Origin: a virus
IMG/VR virus record: IMGVR_UViG_3300021085_000009
Span: 32,001 to 96,000 of that record
DNA: 64,000 bases
Strand: one strand, 5' to 3'
Shown: positions 36,801 through 46,034 of the stretch, piece by piece
How positions within the stretch are numbered: the stretch's first letter is position 1
Layout: every line of letters starts with the position of its first letter
Made by a program: the position numbers and the translations under genes
The notes under the pieces: generated by a model
Seen by the model: only the letters and a program-made list of their open reading frames with translations
Database searches by the model: none
What the model was told of the DNA's origin: nothing

Positions 36801-39800
36801 AGTAAGAACCTTGCTGTCCATCGAGAAGATCAGCATCTAAGCCACTACCTGAACCATCGTTGCCAGAATCCCAAATTTTTCTCCAGCCTGAATATTCATC
36901 GTTATTCCAGCCAGTTTGGTAGTGTAGTTGACCCGTATGAGGTGCGTATAATTTAAAAGTAGAATTATCTAATTGCCATGACAAAACTCCACCATACGAA
37001 TAAGCTGATGTTGGGTAATTGCTGTGTCCACTTGCAGTATTTTGTACTTCATATACACCCATGTGCCCGTCAGTCTGACTGAAAATAGTATCCCAGTTTC
37101 CAGAAACTAGACCTTTATAATGCATTAGGTAATCTTTGTGCTTACCATCAACAGTATCAGCATCTAGACCTGAACCTGATCCATCGTTTCCAGCATGCCA
37201 GACAAGATTTGATGTACCTTGATAAATTCCTGTGCTAGTCATTTTTGCCCAGTTACCTGTTCCACCATCACCAAAATTAATTGGTCCATTTGATGCTGGA
37301 GATAATTCTATTCTCGCCTGAGAACTTCTTAATGTAAGCCCCCAATAAAAAGCTATCTGAGCTTTGTTGTGTGTGCTATGATATCCCGCTACATTTGTAC
37401 GACCTATACCATACCAAGGAGAGTCATTGTATGCATCAGCAAAATTTGTTGTCCCTCCTGCAATAAGCAATTTAGTATTATGAAGATATCCTAGAGTTAA
37501 ATAATTTGCGGAACTTGATGCACCACTATCTGAGGCATCACTTCTTAGGAATGAAGCAGCATGTAATCCATCAACAGTATCAGAGTTACCTCCATTAGCT
37601 GGAAGTGAGGTAGGATTAGTATAATAAGAACCATGCTGTCCGTCTAATAGATCAGCGTCTAATCCTGAGCCAGCCCCGTCTGATGAAGAGGTCCATATAG
37701 TCTGCCATGCTCCTCTACCTCCTCCTGTTGCTGGTCTTAAATAAAACTTACTCGTCGTAGAGTCGTTAGCCGCTAAATCAAACCCAGCTGTATTTCCTTC
37801 AACATTGTAAGAGGTGTGCAGTACAAAGTTTACTGATGTAGCATTTGGTATAGTTGAACTGGAAGATGCTACTCTATAAAAGCCGCTTTTTAGATGTCCA
37901 CTTGGATTTAAAGCCGCACCACTTATTGAATTTGTTGCTGTGCCGTTATCTCCGTAAACAATTCTCGAAGCCTGTTTGCCATCAACAGTATCTGCGTCTA
38001 ATCCTGAACCTGAACCATCGTTACCTGTATGCCATAGCTTGTACCAAGAAGTCCAACTATTTGTCGCACTCCAAGCCTCCGATCTTACATAAAATGCTGC
38101 AGTATTATTACTACCTCCAGAACCCGCGGCAAGTTGGGACCTTGCGCTTGAATCATAGTAAGCAAAATCTAAACCAGTTGCGTAGTTTCCAGTATCTGGA
38201 CGATTTGATACTCCTCCGACATTAGCAGTATGGAAAGCAGTAACCCCTCTAGGACCTCCAATACTATTTAAGTCTGAAGTTTCTCCATATTGAAGTGTAA
38301 TTCTTCCGGAAGCTATGTCTGCAGTATCACTTCTTAAGAATGAAGATGACTGTATTCCATCAACTGTGTCAGCATCTAATCCTGAGCCTCCGCCGTCATT
38401 AGATGTTGTCCATACTTTACTATTATTTACTCTTAATTCTGTAGCATTTGCAAAGTTCATTATTGAATCTGTAGAATCATCTATAGCATATAAAGTAACT
38501 CCAGCTGAGCCAGCAAAATTAATACCTTCGCCTGGATCATTCATGGAAAGTTGATTTACACCAGTAATATTATAGTTAGACCCTGTAATACCACCGGTTG
38601 CCAAATCACCTACATTAATACCAGCACTAAATGTAATTGTTCCTGTTGCAGTATCAGCGGCGTCGCTTCTTAAATATTTTGTTTGCGTAGGTAATCTAGC
38701 TTCTGGAACTGTTCCACTTGAAAGATTTGAAGCATTTAAAGTATTTAGACCAGAACCATTTCCTTGCCATTGACCTGTAGTGTACACATTCTTGTTAAAT
38801 TCAAATCTGTTATCGCCTTCGTCCCAAAGCATTTGGGCACCTGAACCATCAACAATTAAACCTGATCCTCCAGAGTTTGCTTCTGTTTGCCCTGCACCTA
38901 CTGTAATTGTTTTATCTGTAACATCTAAATCTGTGACATTATAAGAATTAATGTCACCTGTAATACTAAGATTACCTTGTACTGTTAAATCTTGGAAAGT
39001 TGGAGAATCAGAAGTCCTAACATTTTGGTTCATGGCATAGAGCTCATTAGCTCCGTGACCAGTATTTACAGTAGTTGCTGTAATTGCACCACTATTAATA
39101 GTTCCATTTATAGTCCAGTTACCTGAAGTGGATAAAAGCGAAGCATTTGTTCCACTTCCAAATGGTCTAAATTGTAAAGCAGAAGAACTATCACTAGGGT
39201 TGGCTGCAATATCCCACATGACATTACCACCATTTTTTAACCTTGTATATGCCCAACCCCCATTCCCTTGTATTTCAGCTCTTGTAACCATTCCAACTAC
39301 ACCTGAAGATGTAATAGCACCACTAGAGATAGTTCCTATGTTTAATAAATTCCTAGAATTATCAATAACAGTAGATGCTCCAACCTTATAAGAAGAAGAT
39401 GTAACTACGCCAAAAGTAGATGTTCCTGTACTTGTAATAGCACCACTAGAGATAGTTCCTATGTTGGTTAGATTACGAGACGAGTCTATTACATTGGTAT
39501 TATTAACTCTATAACCTGCAGTATTTAAGAAAGATAAATTGCCTGACATTTCAGGTGAACCTGAAGAAGTCCATTCACCTAAGGTAAAATTACCATCGCT
39601 AGTCATCGTTAAACTTCTTGATACTACACTTGCCCAATGGAAGTTTAAGTTTGGAGAATACTGATTATTGGTTGAGTTATTGGTATTTAATCCTCTTTCT
39701 CTTATAGAGATAGGTGACACCTGCCAATCATCATGACCAGTAGTATGGTGCGAATGAAATTGACTTACATTTGCTCCTGAATTTACAATAAGTCTAGCAC

Positions 39801-40236
39801 TAGAGATAGTTCCTACATTTGTGGCTGGGTTATTTTTAAAATCTACTGCACTTCCAGTTAACGCAAACTCTACGCCGCCACTAGCTCCGTGCGTGTAAAA
39901 ATTTAAGACATTACTATTAGCTGCAATTAAAGGTTTATTAGAACCATATCCACCTGCCCATTGGATATCTGCACCATCATTTAGTTGTATTTTACCTGTT
40001 ACTGCAGTATTAGAACCAAGTGTGATTAGTGAACCAGTATCTGTAATGTTTGAATCGTCTAATATTGTGCCATTGAATTTGACTACTTTATTAGTAACAA
40101 TATTTGTGACACCGATAGATGTTGCCGATATTGCACCAGATATTGTGGTTGCTTGAAGTTGTCCGCTCGAATTGACTATAAGAACACCGCCCACTTCGAG
40201 GCCGTTCTTTATTCTGAAATTATGATGTGTTGCCAT
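33835..40236 (-). CDS. Long tail fibre protein (2133 aa) with nine repeated linkers, knob-like modules and an S74 chaperone
   Basis: Nine W...DGxGSxLDADxxDG linkers. C-terminal SDERLKTEI...GVIAQEVE...LIEGMKE. Confidence 0.9.
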   Translation of the reverse strand: MATHHNFRIKNGLEVGGVLIVNSSGQLQATTISGAISATSIGVTNIVTNKVVKFNGTILDDSNITDTGSLITLGSNTAVTGKIQLNDGADIQWAGGYGSNKPLIAANSNVLNFYTHGASGGVEFALTGSAVDFKNNPATNVGTISSARLIVNSGANVSQFHSHHTTGHDDWQVSPISIRERGLNTNNSTNNQYSPNLNFHWASVVSRSLTMTSDGNFTLGEWTSSGSPEMSGNLSFLNTAGYRVNNTNVIDSSRNLTNIGTISSGAITSTGTSTFGVVTSSSYKVGASTVIDNSRNLLNIGTISSGAITSSGVVGMVTRAEIQGNGGWAYTRLKNGGNVMWDIAANPSDSSSALQFRPFGSGTNASLLSTSGNWTINGTINSGAITATTVNTGHGANELYAMNQNVRTSDSPTFQDLTVQGNLSITGDINSYNVTDLDVTDKTITVGAGQTEANSGGSGLIVDGSGAQMLWDEGDNRFEFNKNVYTTGQWQGNGSGLNTLNASNLSSGTVPEARLPTQTKYLRSDAADTATGTITFSAGINVGDLATGGITGSNYNITGVNQLSMNDPGEGINFAGSAGVTLYAIDDSTDSIMNFANATELRVNNSKVWTTSNDGGGSGLDADTVDGIQSSSFLRSDTADIASGRITLQYGETSDLNSIGGPRGVTAFHTANVGGVSNRPDTGNYATGLDFAYYDSSARSQLAAGSGGSNNTAAFYVRSEAWSATNSWTSWYKLWHTGNDGSGSGLDADTVDGKQASRIVYGDNGTATNSISGAALNPSGHLKSGFYRVASSSSTIPNATSVNFVLHTSYNVEGNTAGFDLAANDSTTSKFYLRPATGGGRGAWQTIWTSSSDGAGSGLDADLLDGQHGSYYTNPTSLPANGGNSDTVDGLHAASFLRSDASDSGASSSANYLTLGYLHNTKLLIAGGTTNFADAYNDSPWYGIGRTNVAGYHSTHNKAQIAFYWGLTLRSSQARIELSPASNGPINFGDGGTGNWAKMTSTGIYQGTSNLVWHAGNDGSGSGLDADTVDGKHKDYLMHYKGLVSGNWDTIFSQTDGHMGVYEVQNTASGHSNYPTSAYSYGGVLSWQLDNSTFKLYAPHTGQLHYQTGWNNDEYSGWRKIWDSGNDGSGSGLDADLLDGQQGSYYYPASNPSGYTTNTGTLTAETVSSTNAVTITGTKYFKPAGTATSPLGGGGSASLQAYTTGTTAAYMAFHRSGAYAINWGLDTSNTMVLGGWSSSTTVPRMSIGTNGLMVTAGQGNLWGAGNDGSGSGLDADLLDGQHGSYYTNPTSLPANGGNSDTVDNMHFHNQLGVGERIDFTVNGDAATYYPVVISGGGGDRVTDFQIFRGYGETAPSSWGSSTHMGGLTFNYKIMGSSGWGGYPTGIRVQEFGEVYRRIFGGIAFTAHTMKHVVWLRGGTATYHIWSNADISIEVNDSTSASNYVSASPHKWYSYDHSNAAYDVTVSERTSAQADSGVANEVYLNMPVSYNSAGTPAVYGIATSAYNHKFWNSSNDGSGSTLDADLLDGQQGSYYTNPTSLPANGGNSDTVDGLHAASFLRSDADDTVTAGTTYTFPASDSPAIISTRGNGGASLYVGGWSTGTNSNGIHRISSSSNLHIDSAADGNLYLNYYRGGTTYIGGANVAWHAGNDGSGSGLDADLLDGKHASEFVEHMDGSRTNATNLNSYLTSGFYNTGSGTNSNKPSGAPDYAQLIVAKGIDTGLQIYGGYNSTSLYARGWHQSGTFFSWNKLWSDNNDGSGSGLDADLLDGYNAEESAVNNSIVKRDGTASVKAHGLSLMRVSTATTGISWYNESYYNWQDYMGAPGQGSCGPNGNLTPPTGLAGVTSWALRSRMEGVATYGWNWETGTGGGGGATATSKMSLNATTGNLALVGTCSASGFYDQNSSGFYVDPASSTNLQSVTSTPALKVTQTNGGGNNIGSLFQNSSGNFAWGCIAEYRINGTAGTDKPSIIFSHVNNTETYTVGFGYTDSNFRIKKDHGHRNGGWGTSLMTMDRSGNVTFAGNVTAYSDERLKTEIKTIENPLDTISKLRGVTFKWKESGDDSMGVIAQEVEAIAETKCLVSETPEDGNGDINPKNVAYGNMVGLLIEGMKEQQSVINRLVQDIKDLKEQIK
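33879..33886 (-). promoter_or_regulatory. T4 late promoter embedded in the 3' end of the 2133-aa gene (serves the 1478-aa fibre)
   Basis: Exact TATAAATA about 50 bp upstream of the next start codon. Confidence 0.65.
35555..37635. repeat. Three near-identical intragenic DNA repeats (around 35555-35700, 36328-36445 and 37541-37680)
   Basis: 35555-35604 = 37541-37590 (50 bp), 35584-35637 = 36328-36381 (54 bp), 36368-36393 = 37610-37635 (26 bp). Confidence 0.9.
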
Positions 40237-40283
40237 AAGGTTTCACTCTCCACCGTTTAGCGTTAATAAATTTATTATACTTC

Positions 40284-40291
40284 TATTTATA
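40284..40291 (-). promoter_or_regulatory. T4 late promoter TATAAATA
   Basis: Exact consensus upstream of the 2133-aa fibre. Confidence 0.8.
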
Positions 40292-40297
40292 CATTTA

Positions 40298-43200
40298 CTA
40301 AACTAAGATGGAATGTCTAACAACCTTAAATTGCATTGAATCTGCAGATGCTGGAGTTGCAAGAAGTCTTATATTACCCGAAACTATATCAGCATCGAAT
40401 GTGGCCTCTGCAGCACTACCTGTAAATATTGTACCGTATTCTGTCATTGATGGAGTTGTACCATCATGTATTAAAAGTATTTCTGTAATCTGATATGTGC
40501 TATCAGTTGTGTTAGTAATTTGTACTGTAAATCTAGCTGATCTAAAATCGGCTGCAGGGAATGTATCTACCTGAGCCGCACTAGTCGCTGAAGTGTTAAC
40601 AGCGTATGTATCGATACCAGCATGATCCACTTGAAATTCTGATTTAACATTAGTGGAATTAAATCCATCACCTACTGCAACTCGGCCGGTTGATGTGTCC
40701 ATGTACATAAGACCAGTGTTTGTTCCACCAGTATTTCCACGGAACTCAAAGTCACCAGCTGCTGTACCCGTTGTTGCTTTCCAAGTTCCACCATAGTTTC
40801 TAAATTCACCAACTGATGCTGTATATACGTTAGAAGCAGATGTAATACCAGCGGTATTAAGATACATTCTTTGAGCACCGCCAGCAGAAAATCTTAACGT
40901 ATCTGCCTGGCTATCAATATACATTCCAGTATTTTGATCACTATCAAAAGTATAAGTTGGAGCAGCAGGAGTACCATTACTTGCTTTTATAGTATCCGAA
41001 TATACACTTAACCACTTCTTACCAGAAGAACCTAAATTATAATAACTATCTGTAGAAGATTGAAAAGACCTTTGAATTTCAATATGGTCTAGTGTATTAT
41101 TATATGCTATCTGAGCCCAAGCATTTCCTGCCGAGTTATAAAGTTTTAATGCGCTACCGTTATCAATTCTAATATCACCAGCAACATGTAGTTTATGAGT
41201 AGGAGCAGTCGTTCCGATTCCAACCTTACCGCCCCAAAGAGATATAGTCTCTAATGAGCCGGCGCTCATAAGCGCCATACGAGGACTGCCAGTGCCGTCT
41301 ACTCTAAGTTTTATACCTGCATAGTCCCAACCTGCGTTATTTGAAGCACCAAGTTTTAATCCCCAATTATCTTGGTTAGCTGCATAAGTGATAGGAGTAG
41401 AATATATTCCTCCAGCATGAATATGGAGTTTTTCAGTTGGCGAAGTTGTGCCAATTCCAACCTTGCCATCGCCTTTTATCATCATGTCTGTGCGATTGTC
41501 TGTTACGTTATGAAATCCTAAACCAACTGCACTTTGTAGTCCTATTCTAAATGTATCATGGTTGGTTCTTTCTAATCTTATTTGGTCTGCACTTGTGCCA
41601 GATATATGAAGCGCTGCTGATGGATTATTTGTACCAATTCCAAGATTTCCAGCTTCTGTAAGACGCATTAGTTCTGTACCAGAACTACTATTTCCGTTTA
41701 TATTCCATTCAAAAGATCGGTTTGTATCATCGTTATCACTATCAATATTAAATGTCATATTCTCAAAAGCATTGATATGACCACTGCTTGAATCAGCAGT
41801 ACCTAGGTATATTTCTCCGCCTAAAACACTAACAGTTCCAGAAGCAATAGTATTACCACTTGAATTTACATTTAATTTAGTAACACCACCAACTCTGAAT
41901 TCATGACCAGATACTGTTCCACCTAAAGAGCTTCTACCATAAGCTACAGCGGAACCGTTCCAATACATTAACTGAGTATCTCCGCCCGTTGCACCACCAC
42001 CAACAATAGCAGCACCAGAATTAATTTTAACCCCGGATCCTGCTGCACCACTTACATGAATACTTTTATTAATGTCCCATTCATCAGTTGTGCTTGCATA
42101 TGTGATTCTGGCATCTGTGTCAGATCCACAATCAACTGTAATCCCTGCACTATTTGCTGCTGCTTTGTTTGCAGATCCACTTGCAAGAGTAATATTCTTA
42201 TCGTCTACCGTTAATGTAGTAGAATTAATCGTTGTGGTAGTACCATCTATTTGTAGATTACCTGCTATAACGACAGTTCCTGTATCATCCCCATGAGCTG
42301 CAGGGTCAATCGTAAATGTGGAAGGACCTCTTAGGTATCCAGTTGTTGTGATATTGGCCGCACTAATATTTCTACTTGCATCGACAAAAGCAGATCCGCC
42401 TACTTCTATTGCTCCTCCTGCCGCTACTCTAAAGTAGTGGCCAGAACTATTCTCTGCTCTAATAGCATATCCTGAATCTTGTCTAATATCGAGTTTTGCA
42501 CCAGCAGTAGTATTTCCAATTGCTACGTTACCGTCTCCAGTAACTCGCATACGCTCAGAAGGTTCAGCAGAAGGGCCTGAAGTAGCAATAATTAAATCAT
42601 GGTCATTTGCTGTACTTTGAATCTCTGCCGCAAGGTAAGCACCTCGTACGGTATTTTGAATACCCCCTAAGAAAATACTACTTGCTTCTCCAGTGGAGCC
42701 AGAGTCATTTCCTCGTACAACTAGACCGTAAGCTTTATTTGCTGTTGCTTGAACTGAATACTCTATGTACTGGCGACCAAAAGTGTGTAGAGCAGGATTC
42801 GTTGATCTGTTTATTCGTACTAGCTCAGTGTCTGTACTTCCAATAAGCCCTCTAAACTCTAGTCTATCATTCTGCCCATTGTAATTAATTTTAAAGTTAC
42901 TTGTACCAGAGACTTCGGAAAATATAATTGTGCCATTCGGATTTGTGTTTGCTCCAGAATTATCAAGCAGAGTAATTGTTGGATCTGTTTTTGAAATAAG
43001 TAAATCACCGGATGTGGTAATAGCACCACTAGAGATAGTTCCAACTGAAATATTATCACCCGATTGGTAATATGTGGAATCTAAAATACCAGTAAAATTA
43101 CCTGCAGTAACAATTTTACTTCCTCCGGTTAGGTTTGCGGAAGTGGCCCAGTATGGTTCGTCATCTGTACCTTTACCAAAATACCTTGAGTTACCTGCAC

Positions 43201-44305
43201 TAAATTGTATACCAACTTGATTACTAGTAGGACTAGCTCTTTCTAATGTAAGAGGTGTTGCATTATTATTAGATGTTAAAACTGATAGACCATCAATATC
43301 TAATGAATCAGCTTGTACTTCTCCTGTTATGTCTATACCTAAGCTGGTTGTTGCTAGTTTTTGGTTTGCATTGTGATATAGATTTACACTACCACCATCA
43401 TAAGCTACCAAATAATTAGCACCCACTGAATTACTTACAACCAGTGACGTACCTTGTAAATACAAATTACCTGTGCCATTTTCTTTTATGTAACTATTAC
43501 TGCCATCATGGTAGATTTGTAAATCTGAAGAGTTACCAAATACTGCTTTGTCACCATCGCCGAAGTTTAAGTTAGCAGATGTAGTACCACCATCAAAAGT
43601 AATTGTTCCTGTAACATCTATACCTGTTGAGGTTGTTTCTAGCTTTTTAGAATTATCATAGAATAATTTAACTGCACCATTTTGTGTTGCAGTAAGCATA
43701 TCTTCATTTAATGCCACATTTCTTATAGCAAGTACATCTGAACCTATTAATAATTTACCAGTACCTGCATCTTTAATTACGCTATTGCTACCATTATGAT
43801 AGATTTGTAAGTCTTGAGAATCACCAAACTGTAATTTTTGATTATCATTAAAGTTTAAATTGTTTACAATAGAGACATCTGATTTATAAGCATGAATTTG
43901 AATTAAGTCGCCAGCATCTGCAGCAGTAGTTAATACTACCGATGTTCCATTAGTGCCAGTGTAATCTTGAGAAGAACCTTCATCAAGAAGAATACCATTC
44001 ATAAAGACTTGAACGGAAGGAGGAGTGCCTGTGTTATAGGCTAGAGTATTTGAATTATTGTCAGTACCAGAAAACGTTGTTTGGTTAGCAGTTGCTGTAT
44101 ATTCATACGCAATAAAGCTGGATGCTATTCCTGAGGCACTACCTCCAACCTCTACAATAGTATCAGTACCGCCTACGCTCTTCTTCATGTAGACTTTACC
44201 GTCTGCAGTATTAAGTGCGAGTTCCCCTAGGTTTAAATTAGATGTGCTGGGTATAGACCCACTGACGGCTGAGCGTCGTAAACGAATGTCTGATAATCTG
44301 GCCAA
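40298..44305 (-). CDS. Tail fibre / fibre hub protein (1335 aa, TTG start)
   Basis: N-terminal IRLRRS...GELALN motif, FGDxxDLQIYH and VGIGTTxP repeats, and a C-terminal RSARF...EILLIHD...TEYG domain. AGGAG RBS. Confidence 0.85.
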   Translation of the reverse strand: MARLSDIRLRRSAVSGSIPSTSNLNLGELALNTADGKVYMKKSVGGTDTIVEVGGSASGIASSFIAYEYTATANQTTFSGTDNNSNTLAYNTGTPPSVQVFMNGILLDEGSSQDYTGTNGTSVVLTTAADAGDLIQIHAYKSDVSIVNNLNFNDNQKLQFGDSQDLQIYHNGSNSVIKDAGTGKLLIGSDVLAIRNVALNEDMLTATQNGAVKLFYDNSKKLETTSTGIDVTGTITFDGGTTSANLNFGDGDKAVFGNSSDLQIYHDGSNSYIKENGTGNLYLQGTSLVVSNSVGANYLVAYDGGSVNLYHNANQKLATTSLGIDITGEVQADSLDIDGLSVLTSNNNATPLTLERASPTSNQVGIQFSAGNSRYFGKGTDDEPYWATSANLTGGSKIVTAGNFTGILDSTYYQSGDNISVGTISSGAITTSGDLLISKTDPTITLLDNSGANTNPNGTIIFSEVSGTSNFKINYNGQNDRLEFRGLIGSTDTELVRINRSTNPALHTFGRQYIEYSVQATANKAYGLVVRGNDSGSTGEASSIFLGGIQNTVRGAYLAAEIQSTANDHDLIIATSGPSAEPSERMRVTGDGNVAIGNTTAGAKLDIRQDSGYAIRAENSSGHYFRVAAGGAIEVGGSAFVDASRNISAANITTTGYLRGPSTFTIDPAAHGDDTGTVVIAGNLQIDGTTTTINSTTLTVDDKNITLASGSANKAAANSAGITVDCGSDTDARITYASTTDEWDINKSIHVSGAAGSGVKINSGAAIVGGGATGGDTQLMYWNGSAVAYGRSSLGGTVSGHEFRVGGVTKLNVNSSGNTIASGTVSVLGGEIYLGTADSSSGHINAFENMTFNIDSDNDDTNRSFEWNINGNSSSGTELMRLTEAGNLGIGTNNPSAALHISGTSADQIRLERTNHDTFRIGLQSAVGLGFHNVTDNRTDMMIKGDGKVGIGTTSPTEKLHIHAGGIYSTPITYAANQDNWGLKLGASNNAGWDYAGIKLRVDGTGSPRMALMSAGSLETISLWGGKVGIGTTAPTHKLHVAGDIRIDNGSALKLYNSAGNAWAQIAYNNTLDHIEIQRSFQSSTDSYYNLGSSGKKWLSVYSDTIKASNGTPAAPTYTFDSDQNTGMYIDSQADTLRFSAGGAQRMYLNTAGITSASNVYTASVGEFRNYGGTWKATTGTAAGDFEFRGNTGGTNTGLMYMDTSTGRVAVGDGFNSTNVKSEFQVDHAGIDTYAVNTSATSAAQVDTFPAADFRSARFTVQITNTTDSTYQITEILLIHDGTTPSMTEYGTIFTGSAAEATFDADIVSGNIRLLATPASADSMQFKVVRHSILV

Positions 44306-44386
44306 TGTTGGCTCCTATGTTTCAACTCTTATATAAGAGATATTAATTAAAAATAAAATTTCTGCTAATATATATTAGCGTATATC

Positions 44387-44394
44387 TATTTATA
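44387..44394 (-). promoter_or_regulatory. T4 late promoter TATAAATA
   Basis: Exact consensus, followed by two palindromes in the leader. Confidence 0.8.
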
Positions 44395-44420
44395 ATGTTT
44401 AGGAAGCCAATTGCTATGTT

Positions 44421-46034
44421 TTAGTAAGTTCCGCCATCTATTACATCAGAAGCGAATGGAACACCTGAACCATTAAACTGAATCAGATCTCCTTGAGTAC
44501 CAGTTACTTGCGATAAAGCAGTACCTGCACCGTTTGATATAAATACACCGTTACCTGTAAAGCTTGATACTCCAGTACCACCGTGAACAACTGCAAGGTC
44601 ATTACCAAGTGTTACAGTTCCTGATACATCTAGGTTACCATTAAGATCAAGGTCTGCATTTACTTCAACTTCATTAGTAGCTGAATCAAGTACTAACTTA
44701 CCAGCCGTTGTGGTAATAGTTTGGTCATCAGCAATACCAACTGTGATATTACCAAGATCAGCACCTGTACCATAAATGTTTCCAAATTCAGCATCACTCC
44801 ATGGTGCGGAAGCGTCTTCTCCACCACTTAAATCTTCGTCTTTAGTAAATACAAATCTTTCTGTTTGTATATCAAATCCAAAGAATCCAGTAGCAACTGC
44901 AGAACCAGTTCCCCATTTAAATCTTACACCACGATCAAGACCATCTGATGTATTTGAAGAAGTGTTATCTGCTAATGCGATTACTGGGTCGTCTAATGTT
45001 ACAGTTGTTGATTCAACTGTGGTTGTTGTACCTTGTACTGTAAGGTTACCCGAAATAACTACGTTATCTGTAAGACCATTACCAAGATTAATAGAAGAGC
45101 CATTGACATTTAAGTTGCCATCAATAACTGTATTACCAGTAGCACCTGCGACTGTTAATTTGTTTGAACCTACTACTAAATCTGTTGTTACTGTTAAATC
45201 GTTTCCTACAGTAACATCATTAGGTAATCCAACTACGACTTTTACATCTGTACCTACTTTAGTTACAGCAGTTTCAATTTCATTAGTTGTTCCAAGTATC
45301 TGTAAATCATCTGTTAGAATATCTACATCTTGTGCACCAGTATCACCGTCAACTGTTAATGCTGTTGCAACAGCAACTTGGTTAGCAGCTATTAAACGAC
45401 CTTGTTGGTCAACTGTAAAGGTTGGAATTTGTGTAGCTGAACCATAAGACCCTGGAGTTACTGCAGTATCATCTAGGTCAATTTCAATTGTATTACCTGA
45501 ACCGGTTGTTGTAATACCAGTATCACCTGAAATAGTAAGTGTTTCTGAATCAAGGTCAATAGATAATGCACCACCATTATCACCTTGGAAGTCTAAGTCT
45601 TGTGCTGTAACAACACTATCAATATATGTCTTAGCGGCTAGTGCTGTAACTAACTGAGAGTTAGTAGCACCTGCTAAAGTTGTTGATGTTGATATGCTTG
45701 TTACTACTTGACCTGAACCTCCAGTTGCTTCAAGAGCAAGAGATCCAATATTTAATTCTGTTACATGTTTATTAACATCTACGATTAACGCTTTATTGGC
45801 TGTTGTAGCACCATGTACATGATCGAGTAATCCTACAAAATACTTACCGCCAATTAAATCGACACTAGAAGCAACCCCACCAGATTCTGTTCCAGTACCA
45901 ATATATAATCTATCACCATTGTTTGCTTGTGTACCAGCTACATATGAGTATGCTAATTCACCTGTTTTAATATTACTAGGGGCATTGGTGGTTGCACCCG
46001 TAGTTAAGATTTTTATTCTTGTTAAATTAGCCAC
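44421..46034 (-). CDS. Fibre connector/structural protein (537 aa)
   Basis: N-terminal RIKI...GELAYSY, fibre motifs VTPGSYGSATQIPTFTVDQQGRL, GNLTVQGTTTTVES and LAVVHGGTG, ending in IDGGTY. Confidence 0.8.
   Translation of the reverse strand: MANLTRIKILTTGATTNAPSNIKTGELAYSYVAGTQANNGDRLYIGTGTESGGVASSVDLIGGKYFVGLLDHVHGATTANKALIVDVNKHVTELNIGSLALEATGGSGQVVTSISTSTTLAGATNSQLVTALAAKTYIDSVVTAQDLDFQGDNGGALSIDLDSETLTISGDTGITTTGSGNTIEIDLDDTAVTPGSYGSATQIPTFTVDQQGRLIAANQVAVATALTVDGDTGAQDVDILTDDLQILGTTNEIETAVTKVGTDVKVVVGLPNDVTVGNDLTVTTDLVVGSNKLTVAGATGNTVIDGNLNVNGSSINLGNGLTDNVVISGNLTVQGTTTTVESTTVTLDDPVIALADNTSSNTSDGLDRGVRFKWGTGSAVATGFFGFDIQTERFVFTKDEDLSGGEDASAPWSDAEFGNIYGTGADLGNITVGIADDQTITTTAGKLVLDSATNEVEVNADLDLNGNLDVSGTVTLGNDLAVVHGGTGVSSFTGNGVFISNGAGTALSQVTGTQGDLIQFNGSGVPFASDVIDGGTY

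Noticed and set aside
34925-38420. Repeats as a CRISPR array, DGR template/variable repeat, or shufflon
   Set aside because: The repeats are in-frame coding linkers hundreds of bp apart and all in direct orientation. No adenine-specific mismatch pattern was seen, and no reverse transcriptase, invertase or cas gene is in the window.
44776-45447. 223-aa plus-strand ORF and many other plus-strand or nested ORFs in the track (e.g. 12845-13240, 15015-15389, 16250-16672, 50440-50874, 56206-56628)
   Set aside because: They are antisense or alternate-frame shadows of well-supported minus-strand genes, with biased composition and no recognisable motifs.
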